Part shown: one piece after another, positions 1-10,838 of the stretch
Layout of the letters: each line of letters opens with the position of its first letter
Numbering within the stretch: the stretch's first letter is position 1
DNA from: a virus
Virus record (IMG/VR): IMGVR_UViG_3300021255_002737
DNA: 64,000 nucleotides
Direction: 5' to 3' (one strand)
Notes under the pieces: model-generated
The model's database searches: none
Told to the model about the DNA's origin: nothing
The model's input: the letters and a program-made list of their open reading frames with translations, nothing else
Made by a program: the position numbers and the translations under genes

Positions 1-74
1 CCATGCCCCTGCAAGGTATATCAACGTCATGTGATTGGATTCTGCCCATCGCCCAAATTGCAAAACCTTGTCCT

Positions 75-320
75 TCAACGGAATACCCCCCACAATGCAA
101 TGAGAGTAGCAATACCCCACACAAAGAGGTTCTTCGTGGTGAACATCTCGGTATCTGATTGTTCCAGATTACGGATACGCTCTTCGTGCTGCTCTAGTGT
201 CTCCACGATCTCACTTGTTGCGCGTGACCGTTCACTGAGCATTACTTCGACTTTCGCTAGACGCTCAGAAATGTCACTGAGCTTCTCTAGCATCTTCACA
301 ACATCATTTGGTTCCATCAT
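75..320 (-). CDS. XhlA-like lysis-cassette membrane protein
   Basis: 81 aa. N-terminal coiled coil (LAKVEVMLSERS, EERIRNLEQ) plus one C-terminal TM helix. Last visible gene of the late operon. Confidence 0.5.
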   Translation of the reverse strand: MMEPNDVVKMLEKLSDISERLAKVEVMLSERSRATSEIVETLEQHEERIRNLEQSDTEMFTTKNLFVWGIATLIALWGVFR

Positions 321-472
321 TTACTTTCCGTGTTTGGCGTTTCTTCTGTCTCCTCTTTTGTTTCCGGTACATATCCAATAACACACTCTGGATTCTGGCA
401 CGTACCATCCGCACGGAGCTTATGAGCGCAGTACGGACATCTCGGCGGTAATGTAAATTTCTTTCTAGCCAA
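317..472 (-). CDS. small Cys4 zinc-ribbon protein (51 aa, TTG start)
   Basis: Below the ORF-track cutoff. CPYC...CQNPEC; GGAG 8 nt upstream; its TGA overlaps the next ATG (ATGA). Confidence 0.3.
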   Translation of the reverse strand: MARKKFTLPPRCPYCAHKLRADGTCQNPECVIGYVPETKEETEETPNTESK

Positions 473-486
473 TCAAATCACTCCAT

Positions 487-861
487 TCAATTCTCTCCAT
501 AGTATTCCTGCAAATCGGCATAGTCCTTCCGTACACTCGCAACGGCTTTATCGTCGTTTCTCAGCATAGCCACATTGAGGTTATCAATGCATTCCTTCTG
601 CATGGACTCATATTCCTCTTTCTCGATTTGCTCATCGGTCTTGAGCGGCTTTGGCGTGTACACACGGTATTGCCATGCACCATTCTTCCATACCAGCTCA
701 TAGCCTTTCTTAGAGAGAGGAGGGACAACTGGTGTTGTGCGTGTCGGATAAATCCAATCACCGTTCTCTGCACGGTCTGTCGCATCGAGTACAATGGCTT
801 TCAGCAATACACCATCTGCATCGTACTGATAGACTACCTTGTTTTCTTTGATATTGAACAA
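487..861 (-). CDS. tail-fibre assembly/chaperone-like protein
   Basis: 124 aa directly after the fibre genes. The PTRTTPVVPP...WKNGAWQY pattern is typical of fibre assembly proteins. Confidence 0.35.
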   Translation of the reverse strand: MFNIKENKVVYQYDADGVLLKAIVLDATDRAENGDWIYPTRTTPVVPPLSKKGYELVWKNGAWQYRVYTPKPLKTDEQIEKEEYESMQKECIDNLNVAMLRNDDKAVASVRKDYADLQEYYGEN

Positions 862-990
862 AATACATCACTCCTATTCAATTACTTCTCTCATTCGCAT
901 ACGACATAGAAGTAGCCACGGTCATCTATTCATCAAAAGTAAAAAAATAACAGCTCGTCGATTGGGATAAACTGTAAAATATAGATTATG

Positions 991-1776
991 TTAAGGCACT
1001 ACTTTGATAGCTAAATTACATTCTGTTTTGTTCGTTGAACATTCTATCAAGCATTTGCCAAGAGAAGAACTTTCGCTTAGTTCACCGGCCACCACGTCAG
1101 CGCCCATGCCAATATCTCTGACATAAGAAAGCTGTACTGTTTCTGAAATCGTTTTAGTTCCTACCGTAACTGTAATAGAAACGTTGCAATTGGAATAATG
1201 GTTTTTTACTCCAAGAAAGAGTTCTTTTCCATTAACTGTAACATAAGTTATTTCTGGCGTATCTGGAGACTGTGTTTTCACCTGGAAGCCATAAAGGACA
1301 AACATAGGCATTTGACCGCTACCCCTCAAAGCCAGACTAACATCGGTAAAAGTAAGAGCAGGAATCAATGTAGCATCAGTGGCACTGATAATCATCCTAT
1401 TAGTTATTGTAACGTTATTTTTTATAAAACCTCCATTTGTAGTTTCTGAACCTTCTATTTCAGTTCCATTGATTGTAATTTTTCCTGTATTATAGCCACT
1501 ATCAGGGTTAAGTGAAATGTCTATGCTGTCTTGATATTCTGTTCTATAAACTGTATTGCCCGACGTATCTGCCGAAGAAGATAAACCTCTGCCGGATGAC
1601 GTTATGGTCAATGTTTGATGTTCTTTCTGGATAACCGTGATGCTCTTCCGTGTATCAATATTTGTAATAGTATCAGCCATATCTGTTATTTTTATTTTGT
1701 CGGTAGAGCTGTTCTTAGCGCGTATAGCGTTAGCTATATCTGTCAGGTATTGTTCCGTTACTAATACTTTACTCAT
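991..1776 (-). CDS. hypothetical tail-tip/receptor-binding candidate
   Basis: 261-aa ORF downstream of the fibre gene. Beta-rich Thr/Ser/Asn composition; no motif recognised. Confidence 0.45.
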   Translation of the reverse strand: MSKVLVTEQYLTDIANAIRAKNSSTDKIKITDMADTITNIDTRKSITVIQKEHQTLTITSSGRGLSSSADTSGNTVYRTEYQDSIDISLNPDSGYNTGKITINGTEIEGSETTNGGFIKNNVTITNRMIISATDATLIPALTFTDVSLALRGSGQMPMFVLYGFQVKTQSPDTPEITYVTVNGKELFLGVKNHYSNCNVSITVTVGTKTISETVQLSYVRDIGMGADVVAGELSESSSLGKCLIECSTNKTECNLAIKVVP

Positions 1777-1787
1777 ATCTTACCTCC

Positions 1788-3482
1788 TCAATAACTCTTA
1801 TCATCTGCATCGATGAGAGCGGCTAAGGCAGAATCTACATATTTCTTAACGCCATCGCTTGTCACTGGATTACTGGAATTAGCCGTAGGAGCTATATCAA
1901 AGGTTAGAGTATTTTGTTTCGCTGACAATTCTGCTTTAGTGGCATATGTGTTTACGATATTCGCACCATTACCGTCCTGCGTCGCTTTTGTTGCTGTGCC
2001 CTTCAAATCACCGGTAAGGGTAGTTGCAGTCACGCTGTTGAACCTGACGTCCTTACCAAGCTCTGCAAACAGACTCATATCTACGGAACCACCAAGGTTA
2101 TCCCAGCTCTCGCCGTTCCAGACAAGGTTATCTCCTGCATTTACACCATGTGCCTTATCAGCGTTCTTCACGTTATATGAATAACCTACTTGTGGATTTG
2201 TCGGCAAATCGGAGTAATTATCTACAGAACCTTGATAAGTAATTATCTTAGACAATGATTCTTTCGCTGCTTCTACATCGGCCAGAGATTTCTCTGCATT
2301 AGCCTTCGCTGTATCGACAATGGATTGAATTGCCTGTGCTGCTGCAAGTGCTTCTTGGGCTTTCTGCATGTATTCCTTTGCTGTATCCATGTATGACTTA
2401 GCGTTAGATTCAGATACAGCTGCATTAGATTTCGATGCGCTTGCATTGGTCTCCGATGTCAACGCGCTAGATGCAGACTTAGCCGCATTGGTTTCAGAGG
2501 TTTTCGCCTTGTCCTCGGAAGCCTTTGCTGCAGTTGCTCTATCTTTAGAATATAATGCCCATGTTCTACTTGATTGAGTTTTACCAGTAGAGCTATTAGA
2601 GTCAGCTACATTATCAGGGGAAGTTATTGAAGCAGCCCATGCTTTTGATAAATTCATCGAATCGGAAGAAGATTTAGCTGATGTTGCCGAAGAAGTTGCA
2701 GAAGATGATGCATTCGTCTCAGATACTTTTGCATTGGCTTCACTTGTAGCGGCGTCCGATGCGCTCTTTGCACCTTTCGATGCGTTATCTGATGCTTCGT
2801 TCGCCTTATTTGTTGCTACGGTTAAATAGTCAGAAATAGACTGTTCCAGTTCCTTATTGGAGGCATTGAGTTTTTCTACTTTCTCGATATAAGTCTTAAT
2901 CTCTGCAATGGTATTATTGATTTCTGTACTCTTATTTGTAATATCATCATAATACGCTTTTGCATTTGTCTCAGAGCTTTTAGCGTTGGTCTCGCTTGTC
3001 TTGGCATTAGAAGCACTAGTAGATGCGCTATTGGCCCTATTAGTTGCCATAGTAACATTGTCAGCTGTTTGCTTTTGCAGTGCATCGATTTGTTTGAGAT
3101 ATTCCTGTATCTCACTAATAGTTGTACTAACGGCAATGGCCTTGTCGCTATATGTTTTTGCCTGTGATGCACTATCGGCAGCGGCCTGTGCTTGCTTCTT
3201 TGCTTCTTCTGCTTGAGCTTTGGCTGTTGCCTCACCAAAAGAAGAATCGTTCTTCATGGTGTTATACATATCAGTCACAGACTGTTTGATGGCAATCAAA
3301 TCGGAAGTATCTTTTACATCATCGATATTCTCTTTTAACCATCGTAAATCCTCAGCGATAATGTCATAGATACCGCTGTTATCTGATGTAGCAAAAGGGC
3401 TATTCTTGCCCACTACACCGTCTTTCGTTATTGTATCATTGGCATCACGCTGTTCTAAATATTGGAATCCCGCATTTAGCAT
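1788..3482 (-). CDS. tail fibre protein with Ala/Ser-rich coiled-coil repeats
   Basis: 564 aa. Repeated SETNAK/SASxA heptad-like units; C-terminal globular part. Confidence 0.6.
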   Translation of the reverse strand: MLNAGFQYLEQRDANDTITKDGVVGKNSPFATSDNSGIYDIIAEDLRWLKENIDDVKDTSDLIAIKQSVTDMYNTMKNDSSFGEATAKAQAEEAKKQAQAAADSASQAKTYSDKAIAVSTTISEIQEYLKQIDALQKQTADNVTMATNRANSASTSASNAKTSETNAKSSETNAKAYYDDITNKSTEINNTIAEIKTYIEKVEKLNASNKELEQSISDYLTVATNKANEASDNASKGAKSASDAATSEANAKVSETNASSSATSSATSAKSSSDSMNLSKAWAASITSPDNVADSNSSTGKTQSSRTWALYSKDRATAAKASEDKAKTSETNAAKSASSALTSETNASASKSNAAVSESNAKSYMDTAKEYMQKAQEALAAAQAIQSIVDTAKANAEKSLADVEAAKESLSKIITYQGSVDNYSDLPTNPQVGYSYNVKNADKAHGVNAGDNLVWNGESWDNLGGSVDMSLFAELGKDVRFNSVTATTLTGDLKGTATKATQDGNGANIVNTYATKAELSAKQNTLTFDIAPTANSSNPVTSDGVKKYVDSALAALIDADDKSY

Positions 3483-3503
3483 TTATATCACATCCTTATT
3501 TTA

Positions 3504-6500
3504 TTAACTATTACTGATTGTGTATGGGCTGTTATGCTGGTCTGTACACAGGAAAAATGCATTACCAGAAGCAAGAGGTACGTCTGCTGTGGTATTGAAA
3601 GAATAAGAAGATAGGGATATTCTCGAACGAATAGAAGCACTGCTGGCAACATGATGGCCGTAACTATCTTTAGGATTAAGATGTGTCTCTACTTGTAATT
3701 TAATCGTGCCACTTTGGTTAATCTTGACTGTTGTCGTGTACGAAGTGGACTGGTCACCACCCATGCTTGAAAGGTTAGCTAATGTTTGTTGTTTAATAAC
3801 ATTATTATCCTTGAATACAGATAATGACACTGTTAAATTACTGCCCCTTCTAAGGACATTATTCTCATTGTCGGTTGTTGTGCTTCCATAAGCTACAACA
3901 TCTACTTTTATTACTATAGACGTTTCTGTCGCATCTTCTGGTACTTCTATTGTTTTACTCGATGTCTTTGTTCCATAATAATTCTCGCTATCGCGAGAAG
4001 AACTCCAACCGGTAGTCAGATTGCCTTCCCGTAGCTCTACATTGCCATCTACGTTTTCTATATATGCATTTACAGGAACACTACTGCCAGACCCTGCCTT
4101 AAGGACCGTGCGGCAAACCGCTTGGAACCCATTGTTTGTCACATTCTGCGCTCTGCAATCTAAATACAAATTTGTGCTATTATACCCCGGGATAGCTGTC
4201 TGTAGGCTAATTGGTGTAATAATGACATTCGGCGCATTTTTCCACGGTTTTGTAAATTTAATCCATTGTCCATCTTTTACCGTTCCCATGACCATTGCGC
4301 CGACCATTGCAAAAGTATTGCCATTACCGTCGTGAAATTCCATACCATTTGAGCCGTGTACAACATACGAACCATCATTGCCACGTACAGTAAGGCCATT
4401 GGTATCAAGTGTTGCGCCGCCGCCTTTAATCCCCTGATTAGCAGTGAGTTCCATTGTACTAGCACTCAATTTATCAGCAGTAATAGCTCCTGCGGCTATC
4501 ATGCCACGTACAACGACATTATTGTCAAAATGAGTATCGCCAGTGATATGTATCTTTTTGCCGTCGATGAGAATAGATTCTTTGCTAATATTGATTTGAT
4601 TGATAACATCATTTTTAGACACTCTTAGTGCAATATTGTTATCCAATTGAGCGATAGCACTGTAATTTTTCTTTGCTTTGGTCGAATCGGAGAGGTTTGT
4701 GACAACCGATGTAATACTATTGGCATTCTGCGTGATGCGCGACGACAGCCCAGAAATCTGATTGTTAGCATCGGTGTGATAGTTTTGCACAGTAGAACTC
4801 AATGAATTTGCATTTTGTTTGATTTGGGAAATCTGAGTATCTGTAGCACTTTTATTGCTCTGTACTGTAGATGTCAATCCATTGATATCAACCTTGAGCT
4901 GTGAAATAGACTTATACGCGCTCTTAGACGGGTCAGTGTTGTTAAGATTATTCTCGATAGTTACCTTTACGTTGTCAGCCTTTTGCGATACTTGGGAAAT
5001 GGCACTGTCTGAGTTTGTCTTGTTAGTCTGAACAGTAGACTTTATTTCGTTAGCGGTTTGAGATAACTGTGATATAGACTTGTATGCACTCTTAGATGGG
5101 TCGGTGTTGTTAAGGTTCAGTACAACGGATTTAATAGCACTGTCATTTTGCGAAATTAATGATGCGTGCTCTTGATTAACACCATCCTGTGTAGACTTAT
5201 TGGTGGCAATTATTGATTCTAACTTTCCGTCTTTTTTGTTTAGCTCTTGAATTGACTTATATCCATTCGCGTCCGATGGAGACAGGTTTAACTTGTTGTT
5301 GATATTTGCTATATCATTGTTTAAGTCAGATTTAGCCACGGATATATCATTGTTGATATCGGATATATCATTGTTGATATCGGCTATGTCATTGTCTACT
5401 CCATCGAGCCTCGGAATAGCCTGTTGTGCATCTGATACGGCATCTTGGATTTCCTTATCGACTTTCTTGAGCGATATTGCTTCATCTTTAAGCCACTCAG
5501 GATTCATCTCTGGTTTTATCGTATAAGCATATTTTACCGATGTGTATCCTTCGCCCATCATGTCAACGTAAGAAGCCCAGAAATTGTAAATATCAGGTTC
5601 GCCGTTGAATGTATACGATGCATTATTCAAATCGAACGACTTAGAAATGTTATGTCCTTCTACATAGAGACGCATGGATTTGACACGAGCAGGGAACGGA
5701 GCAACCAGAACATTAACACCGCGTAGTGCTTCGGTGAAGTGAATGTAGCTCGGTGCATCTGGCTTTGGATAATTGTATGTTACTTTCGCAGGATAGCTAT
5801 ATTTCTTTAGCGTATTCACACTATATACATAGACTGTTCCTTTGCGTTCCATCAGATTCACATCGATAGAAGTGGACTGTGTTTTACCAAGCAATCCTAC
5901 AGGAGAGCCAACGTTTGTATCCGTGCGAACTTCATAGTACATTACATCAGAATCAGGGACATCCGACCACTTAAACGTAAAAGCGCTCGTGAAATCGTAG
6001 GTGAGATTGTATGGCTGCGAAGGTACAGTCTCTTTTGCCGTCACCTTAATAGTCACTGTTGGTGCAGATGCTTCCGATGAAATCAGACCGTCAGTTGTAC
6101 GGCTTTGCACACGGAACTCATAGACATCGCCAACCTTTGCATTAGGGATAACGATTTTTGTAGGACTATCTCCTGCATATATCCATTCTCTCGATAAGCC
6201 AACAGAGTCAACAACTTCGCCTTGTTTGAATGTCCCAATTTGAGCAGCAGTCATATGATTGGTCTTATAGTAAACCAACCCTGTCTCTACATCGTATCTC
6301 TGGGGAAGCTCATAAGAACAGATAACGTCATAGCCCGTTGTACCATCTTCGTACCGTCTATACTGCGTATATGCTTTGAGGTTCACTGGATTCGACGGAG
6401 TACGCTTCTCGACGGTCTGTGTCGTATCTGTGTAGTTATACCAATGTATGCCACCGCCTAACGCATCGCCATAGATAGTATCGTTGTACTGACGGCCAGT

Positions 6501-8351
6501 GATGTCGAATTTACCATCGTCATCCTGTTTGATCTCCGTGATTCTCACAGGAAGTTCCGTAAATACACCATGATAACTAATGGTTACAACATCGCCCGGT
6601 TCAAGGTGCATACCGTTGATACCTGTTTTCCACGAAAGAGTCAATGGACAAGCAAGGTTTTGGTCACGGTAAAAACGTGCTAATCGTAATGCTTGATATT
6701 GAGATGTCGTGCCATTCAGGTTGACTTCCTTGGTGATTATCTTCTGGCGTTCCTTTTGGTCAGCATAATCTTCAACATTACAAGCAACCGTTGTCCAGTT
6801 GTTACGCGGGTCAATGATTTTCACAACGTATTTATTCGGGGTATCATTCAGACTCAATGGCGTAACACTCAGGTCAGAGCAGTTATCGTCATTGAATTTG
6901 TACGAGATGTCCGTTTGGCTTTCAATGTGAAGTTTGAATTTGCCATTGGTAAGCGTAAGATAACCCTGAAAGTTTGCAAGGATTTCCTGTAACCAACCCA
7001 ATGCGTTACTTTTTTGGTCAATGACCATGTTGAGTTCAAAACGCTTTGCCTTGACGATAGCACCGGATGCATCAAGGAAACTGATTTCTTCATCACAGTA
7101 ATCTGCTGCTTTATTCCATGAATCCTCATCAAGATCGTCAGAGGAAATCCAACGGCCTAATCCGTAGCGTTTCGACAGCATAAAGTCACGCAGACACATG
7201 GCTGGGTTAGTGCTATATGCTGTTTTCTTTGTACGAGTATCGTATACCTTCTTGCCCATGACTACAGCAGACACGCTAGGATTACCGTTGAGTTCATTGG
7301 AAACAATGAAATTCATGTCGAGCCACGCCATCGCAGGATAACCGCCAACGGTATCATAGTTCTCTGGAGTGTCACCGTCGTGGAATGTGTAACTTGTACC
7401 GCCACGGACAGTACTTGCACAGAAATTGACGAAACCATGTGTTGCATCTAGTGCTACATAGTTCTTCTGTTGCCAACGATGGTTGTTCCCAAAGATTTTA
7501 CTGAATGGCGTGTCCGTATAAACAACACCCTCAACGTCCCATAAGTCACCTGGGTAATTATTCGTGGCAGCACATGGAAACGCTTGCCATCCTTCTGCAT
7601 ACAGCTGATTGATATACGAGATTAACGAGGAGACTGACACCTGGTATTCCCAGTACGTGTCATGGCTGTTCTCTACTTCACTCTTTGTACACAGATGGAT
7701 ATGATGATGGCTGTCTCCTGCCCACAAGTCAAAGTCAGAGCCATGTTTCCGTACACGAGCATCTGGATGCTTATTGTTCATCAAGGTGAACACCGTGTTG
7801 CCAGTCTGAGAGCCTGTAGGGATAATCATATCGTTTGCAGTGACAGACACAACACCTTCAATACCACCCTCACAGAGCACTACATGTTTGTGCAATGTAT
7901 TTGCGTCGGCATTCGTTTGGTGAAACGTCTGATTGCCACTGATCTGGCGTGTGCCATATACGATAGGAATCTGCCCATCTGAACTCATGGACTCTTGTGC
8001 TCTATCAAAGCGGGAAACATCGGCAGAGCCATTGGAATCCACATTCTGTTGATGCGTTGCACTCCATACAGAGCCAAACAAAGATGCACCCATGACACCT
8101 GCTGCAAATGCCTTGGCACCAAACAGCCACGGAGTTGTAAAACCAACAATGAAACCTGCAATGCTTGCGAATATCTTGCCGCCGGACTTGCCATGATGGT
8201 GTCCAAAACGCTGTAGGTCGAACGTTGCGGTATGGTTCATGGCATGTTCATATAAGTACCTAAGATGACCATCGGACATGGCATTACGAGCCTTGTGGAC
8301 GTTCGCCTTTTGTTCTTCTGTCATCAACCCTGTTAAATCAAATCTATCCAA
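3504..8351 (-). CDS. central tail fibre / host-specificity protein (lambda J-like)
   Basis: 1615 aa following the L/K/I-like genes. Repeated NDI(S/A)DINN and SAYKSISQL units; large beta-rich C-terminus. Confidence 0.7.
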   Translation of the reverse strand: MDRFDLTGLMTEEQKANVHKARNAMSDGHLRYLYEHAMNHTATFDLQRFGHHHGKSGGKIFASIAGFIVGFTTPWLFGAKAFAAGVMGASLFGSVWSATHQQNVDSNGSADVSRFDRAQESMSSDGQIPIVYGTRQISGNQTFHQTNADANTLHKHVVLCEGGIEGVVSVTANDMIIPTGSQTGNTVFTLMNNKHPDARVRKHGSDFDLWAGDSHHHIHLCTKSEVENSHDTYWEYQVSVSSLISYINQLYAEGWQAFPCAATNNYPGDLWDVEGVVYTDTPFSKIFGNNHRWQQKNYVALDATHGFVNFCASTVRGGTSYTFHDGDTPENYDTVGGYPAMAWLDMNFIVSNELNGNPSVSAVVMGKKVYDTRTKKTAYSTNPAMCLRDFMLSKRYGLGRWISSDDLDEDSWNKAADYCDEEISFLDASGAIVKAKRFELNMVIDQKSNALGWLQEILANFQGYLTLTNGKFKLHIESQTDISYKFNDDNCSDLSVTPLSLNDTPNKYVVKIIDPRNNWTTVACNVEDYADQKERQKIITKEVNLNGTTSQYQALRLARFYRDQNLACPLTLSWKTGINGMHLEPGDVVTISYHGVFTELPVRITEIKQDDDGKFDITGRQYNDTIYGDALGGGIHWYNYTDTTQTVEKRTPSNPVNLKAYTQYRRYEDGTTGYDVICSYELPQRYDVETGLVYYKTNHMTAAQIGTFKQGEVVDSVGLSREWIYAGDSPTKIVIPNAKVGDVYEFRVQSRTTDGLISSEASAPTVTIKVTAKETVPSQPYNLTYDFTSAFTFKWSDVPDSDVMYYEVRTDTNVGSPVGLLGKTQSTSIDVNLMERKGTVYVYSVNTLKKYSYPAKVTYNYPKPDAPSYIHFTEALRGVNVLVAPFPARVKSMRLYVEGHNISKSFDLNNASYTFNGEPDIYNFWASYVDMMGEGYTSVKYAYTIKPEMNPEWLKDEAISLKKVDKEIQDAVSDAQQAIPRLDGVDNDIADINNDISDINNDISVAKSDLNNDIANINNKLNLSPSDANGYKSIQELNKKDGKLESIIATNKSTQDGVNQEHASLISQNDSAIKSVVLNLNNTDPSKSAYKSISQLSQTANEIKSTVQTNKTNSDSAISQVSQKADNVKVTIENNLNNTDPSKSAYKSISQLKVDINGLTSTVQSNKSATDTQISQIKQNANSLSSTVQNYHTDANNQISGLSSRITQNANSITSVVTNLSDSTKAKKNYSAIAQLDNNIALRVSKNDVINQINISKESILIDGKKIHITGDTHFDNNVVVRGMIAAGAITADKLSASTMELTANQGIKGGGATLDTNGLTVRGNDGSYVVHGSNGMEFHDGNGNTFAMVGAMVMGTVKDGQWIKFTKPWKNAPNVIITPISLQTAIPGYNSTNLYLDCRAQNVTNNGFQAVCRTVLKAGSGSSVPVNAYIENVDGNVELREGNLTTGWSSSRDSENYYGTKTSSKTIEVPEDATETSIVIKVDVVAYGSTTTDNENNVLRRGSNLTVSLSVFKDNNVIKQQTLANLSSMGGDQSTSYTTTVKINQSGTIKLQVETHLNPKDSYGHHVASSASIRSRISLSSYSFNTTADVPLASGNAFFLCTDQHNSPYTISNS

Positions 8352-8363
8352 TTTCTCACCACC

Positions 8364-9155
8364 TTAATGATAATTGCTTTCAAACGGAATTGCAGGGAAA
8401 CCGCTGTAGTGCTTCATGTTGCCAAACGCACGGCACGCTTCAACGGTCTTATTGCAACCTCTACGGAGTGTCGCAGAATGTCCCGTGATGTCCTGCACAA
8501 AGTTGACATTGAGTGTCACGGTATTCCCTGAACTTTGCGTGATGATCCTAGATTCACCACCAACGGAAATCACACCGTCTTTCCAGTAGTTTTTGTCATG
8601 GCTCTTTTCCAGTGTCACATCATTGGACGCTGTAGATTGTACAAGCATCGTTTCCTCTGCAAGGCTCATGCCACATTCAGCATCGCCAAACTCACTATTG
8701 CACGCCATACGGAAGTTACGGTTAGGACATTCAATCTCAGGGAGTCTGCTCTTGACCTTACACGTGAACTCACCATTGGTATACGATGGTTCATCAATGT
8801 ATCCCGCAAAGACAGGCTGTGCAATCGTTGGGTCTTTGAGTGAATCTGGATATTGGATACGGAAAATCATGGCATTGCATCCACGGAAATCAAAGCCCTC
8901 GATGACATACTTGAGTGCTTCATAGGTGCAATCACCGAGACTTACCTCGCAGGAGTCCGTGAGATTATCCATGCTTGTCGTGATTTCTCCACGCTGAAAT
9001 GGAACAGCGGTGTATTCTTCGTTGTTATACAAGATATTCTCATCGGTTGCCGCAATACGCATGACACCATCACGAAGTTGTAAGATATACAACTCAATGA
9101 AAAATGGATTGCCAGATTCTTTTGCCTTTGCCATAGAAACTGGTAATGTAATCAA
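8364..9155 (-). CDS. tail-tip assembly protein (DUF2163/BR0599-like)
   Basis: SEFGDAECG motif. I prefer the TTG start at 9155: GGAGGG lies 6 nt upstream and TTGA overlaps the stop of the previous gene. Confidence 0.5.
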   Translation of the reverse strand: MITLPVSMAKAKESGNPFFIELYILQLRDGVMRIAATDENILYNNEEYTAVPFQRGEITTSMDNLTDSCEVSLGDCTYEALKYVIEGFDFRGCNAMIFRIQYPDSLKDPTIAQPVFAGYIDEPSYTNGEFTCKVKSRLPEIECPNRNFRMACNSEFGDAECGMSLAEETMLVQSTASNDVTLEKSHDKNYWKDGVISVGGESRIITQSSGNTVTLNVNFVQDITGHSATLRRGCNKTVEACRAFGNMKHYSGFPAIPFESNYH

Positions 9156-9568
9156 AACAATCCCTCCTTGCGAAATGCATATTTGAAAAATGGTGTCCAC
9201 CAGGCACGATGATAGATAGTAGAAATGGACTCACCGTATACCGTTGGAACCTGCATGGCTAACAAATCGCCATAGCCAAGGTAGATACCCGTGTGCAAAT
9301 CACCGTCTATCTTGAAGATCACGAAGTCACCAAAGGACAGTTCATCGTAATACACCTGTGTCATATTGAGTAGACAATACTTGTACAATCTACGCCAAAC
9401 AGAAGGTTCGGAAAAATGGTCTTTGTCTACGGGTTTTCCATCATCAATCGGATGACTCCACCCATGATTGCGATAGAATAGACGGCACAGTCCAATGCAA
9501 TCACATTTTGAAAAAGAGGATTCGCCAAAATAATGTGGAATCCCAATGTATTTATTCACGTTTTCCAT
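9152..9568 (-). CDS. NlpC/P60-type tail-associated peptidase (lambda K-like)
   Basis: 138 aa. Catalytic-Cys context KCDCIGLCR and a downstream His (GDLHTGIYLG). Confidence 0.65.
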   Translation of the reverse strand: MENVNKYIGIPHYFGESSFSKCDCIGLCRLFYRNHGWSHPIDDGKPVDKDHFSEPSVWRRLYKYCLLNMTQVYYDELSFGDFVIFKIDGDLHTGIYLGYGDLLAMQVPTVYGESISTIYHRAWWTPFFKYAFRKEGLF

Positions 9569-10260
9569 TAAACAATTTCCACCTCCATTTGACAGCTATA
9601 GCCAACAATGTTTTTCCCTTCGCGATAGTCTGTAATCTCCATAGAATCCGGTAGAATAACAGAGATGAGTTTATGGTCGTACATGACCTTGAGCGGGACA
9701 CGACAATGAGAATTAAAGAGTTGAATCATGGTATCTCGTTCGTCTTTCAGGCCACTCCATGTTGCACTCAGCTTCTCGTGTGGTTTATTGGACTTTGCGC
9801 GTCTCTGTGTAGCTCCCATTTCAAGCACCTGTACATTCCAATCGATGGATCGTGTGAACTCATTGTATGGCGATGGTAAAATATCATCGGTTGATGCGTC
9901 GGGATACGACACGCGCTGGGCATCTACTTCCAGTCCAATATCACAGGTGTACATTTGAATTTCCCCTGCTGCCACCTTCTGCTTCACGGACAATGTATTG
10001 GTAAAATAGCATAAGTCCTTGATTCCATCGTATTCAAAGAAGAATGGATTGAGCTGACCATGATGTTTATTGTAAAAGGCAATGAGCTTATCCATGTCTT
10101 CACGGATGCCTTGCACGGTAAAGCTATAGGTTTTCTTTGCATGGACACGTTTACGACAATAGAGTTTCGTGCCATTCTCTGATTCGTATTCATTGGATGA
10201 CCATGCGAAACCCAATTTCACTTTTCCATAGGGAACGAATGAAAATGTATCAATAGCCAT
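9568..10260 (-). CDS. minor/distal tail protein (lambda L position)
   Basis: 230 aa; first tail-tip gene after the tape measure. Called from position only. Confidence 0.5.
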   Translation of the reverse strand: MAIDTFSFVPYGKVKLGFAWSSNEYESENGTKLYCRKRVHAKKTYSFTVQGIREDMDKLIAFYNKHHGQLNPFFFEYDGIKDLCYFTNTLSVKQKVAAGEIQMYTCDIGLEVDAQRVSYPDASTDDILPSPYNEFTRSIDWNVQVLEMGATQRRAKSNKPHEKLSATWSGLKDERDTMIQLFNSHCRVPLKVMYDHKLISVILPDSMEITDYREGKNIVGYSCQMEVEIV

Positions 10261-10305
10261 TGTCTACTTCCTTTCATTGTATATTCCATGAGATACATCG
10301 GAATC

Positions 10306-10779
10306 CAATGGAGGAACTATAGTTTTAAACATAAGGTTTTTCCATTGTCGTTCGATGGATTCATGGTTATCTGAATAGAGGGTTCAATACTTCTGCTTGT
10401 TTAAATGATTACTTACGTCAGTAAGTATTTGCGATAGCAAATCAAACACTGTATGAACTATTTGTCTTATTAAAACAAAATAAGCTATTGATTTCATGTT
10501 GTGATTCCTATGATTTGTTTCTCATAGTTTATTCAACAATTCTTCAATAGCTTATTTTCAATTCAATAGTTTTTATAAACAGACCTTTAGAAGATTTACT
10601 AACGTAAATCATTTGCTAAAGCAAATAATATTTAATCAAGGAGGAAACCACCCAAAGGTTATTCATTATTCTCATATTAGCTCGTGAATCTCAATGAAGG
10701 AACCAAAGTTTTAACTCTAAGGATTCATCCATTGTCATCCACGAAGTCTGTATGGAGATTCAATGTATACTCTATAGTA
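10306..10779. repeat. hairpin-module cluster A (V1, U1, U2, V2, ACTATAG box)
   Basis: V1 10306-10347; U1 10410-10441; U2 10595-10625; V2 10692-10734; box 10755-10779. Homologous modules occur at 34811-35120. Confidence 0.7.
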
Positions 10780-10788
10780 CCCTCTTTA

Positions 10789-10838
10789 TTTACCCCTCTA
10801 TATATAATGTCTTTTTTGGGGCATATTGTTCGGTCAAA
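10789..10838 (-). promoter_or_regulatory. conserved P motif, copy 1 (divergent)
   Basis: ttacccctctatatataatgtc...ttgttcgg is shared with 32357-32405 and 35437-35485. On the minus strand it reads GAAC-N15-AGAC. Confidence 0.45.

Noticed and set aside
10300-10800. A CRISPR array or solitary CRISPR-repeat mimic, as an explanation of the repeated hairpins (also at 34800-35120).
   Set aside because: The repeats are not regularly spaced, differ in sequence and orientation, and have no constant repeat/spacer architecture. No cas genes are present.
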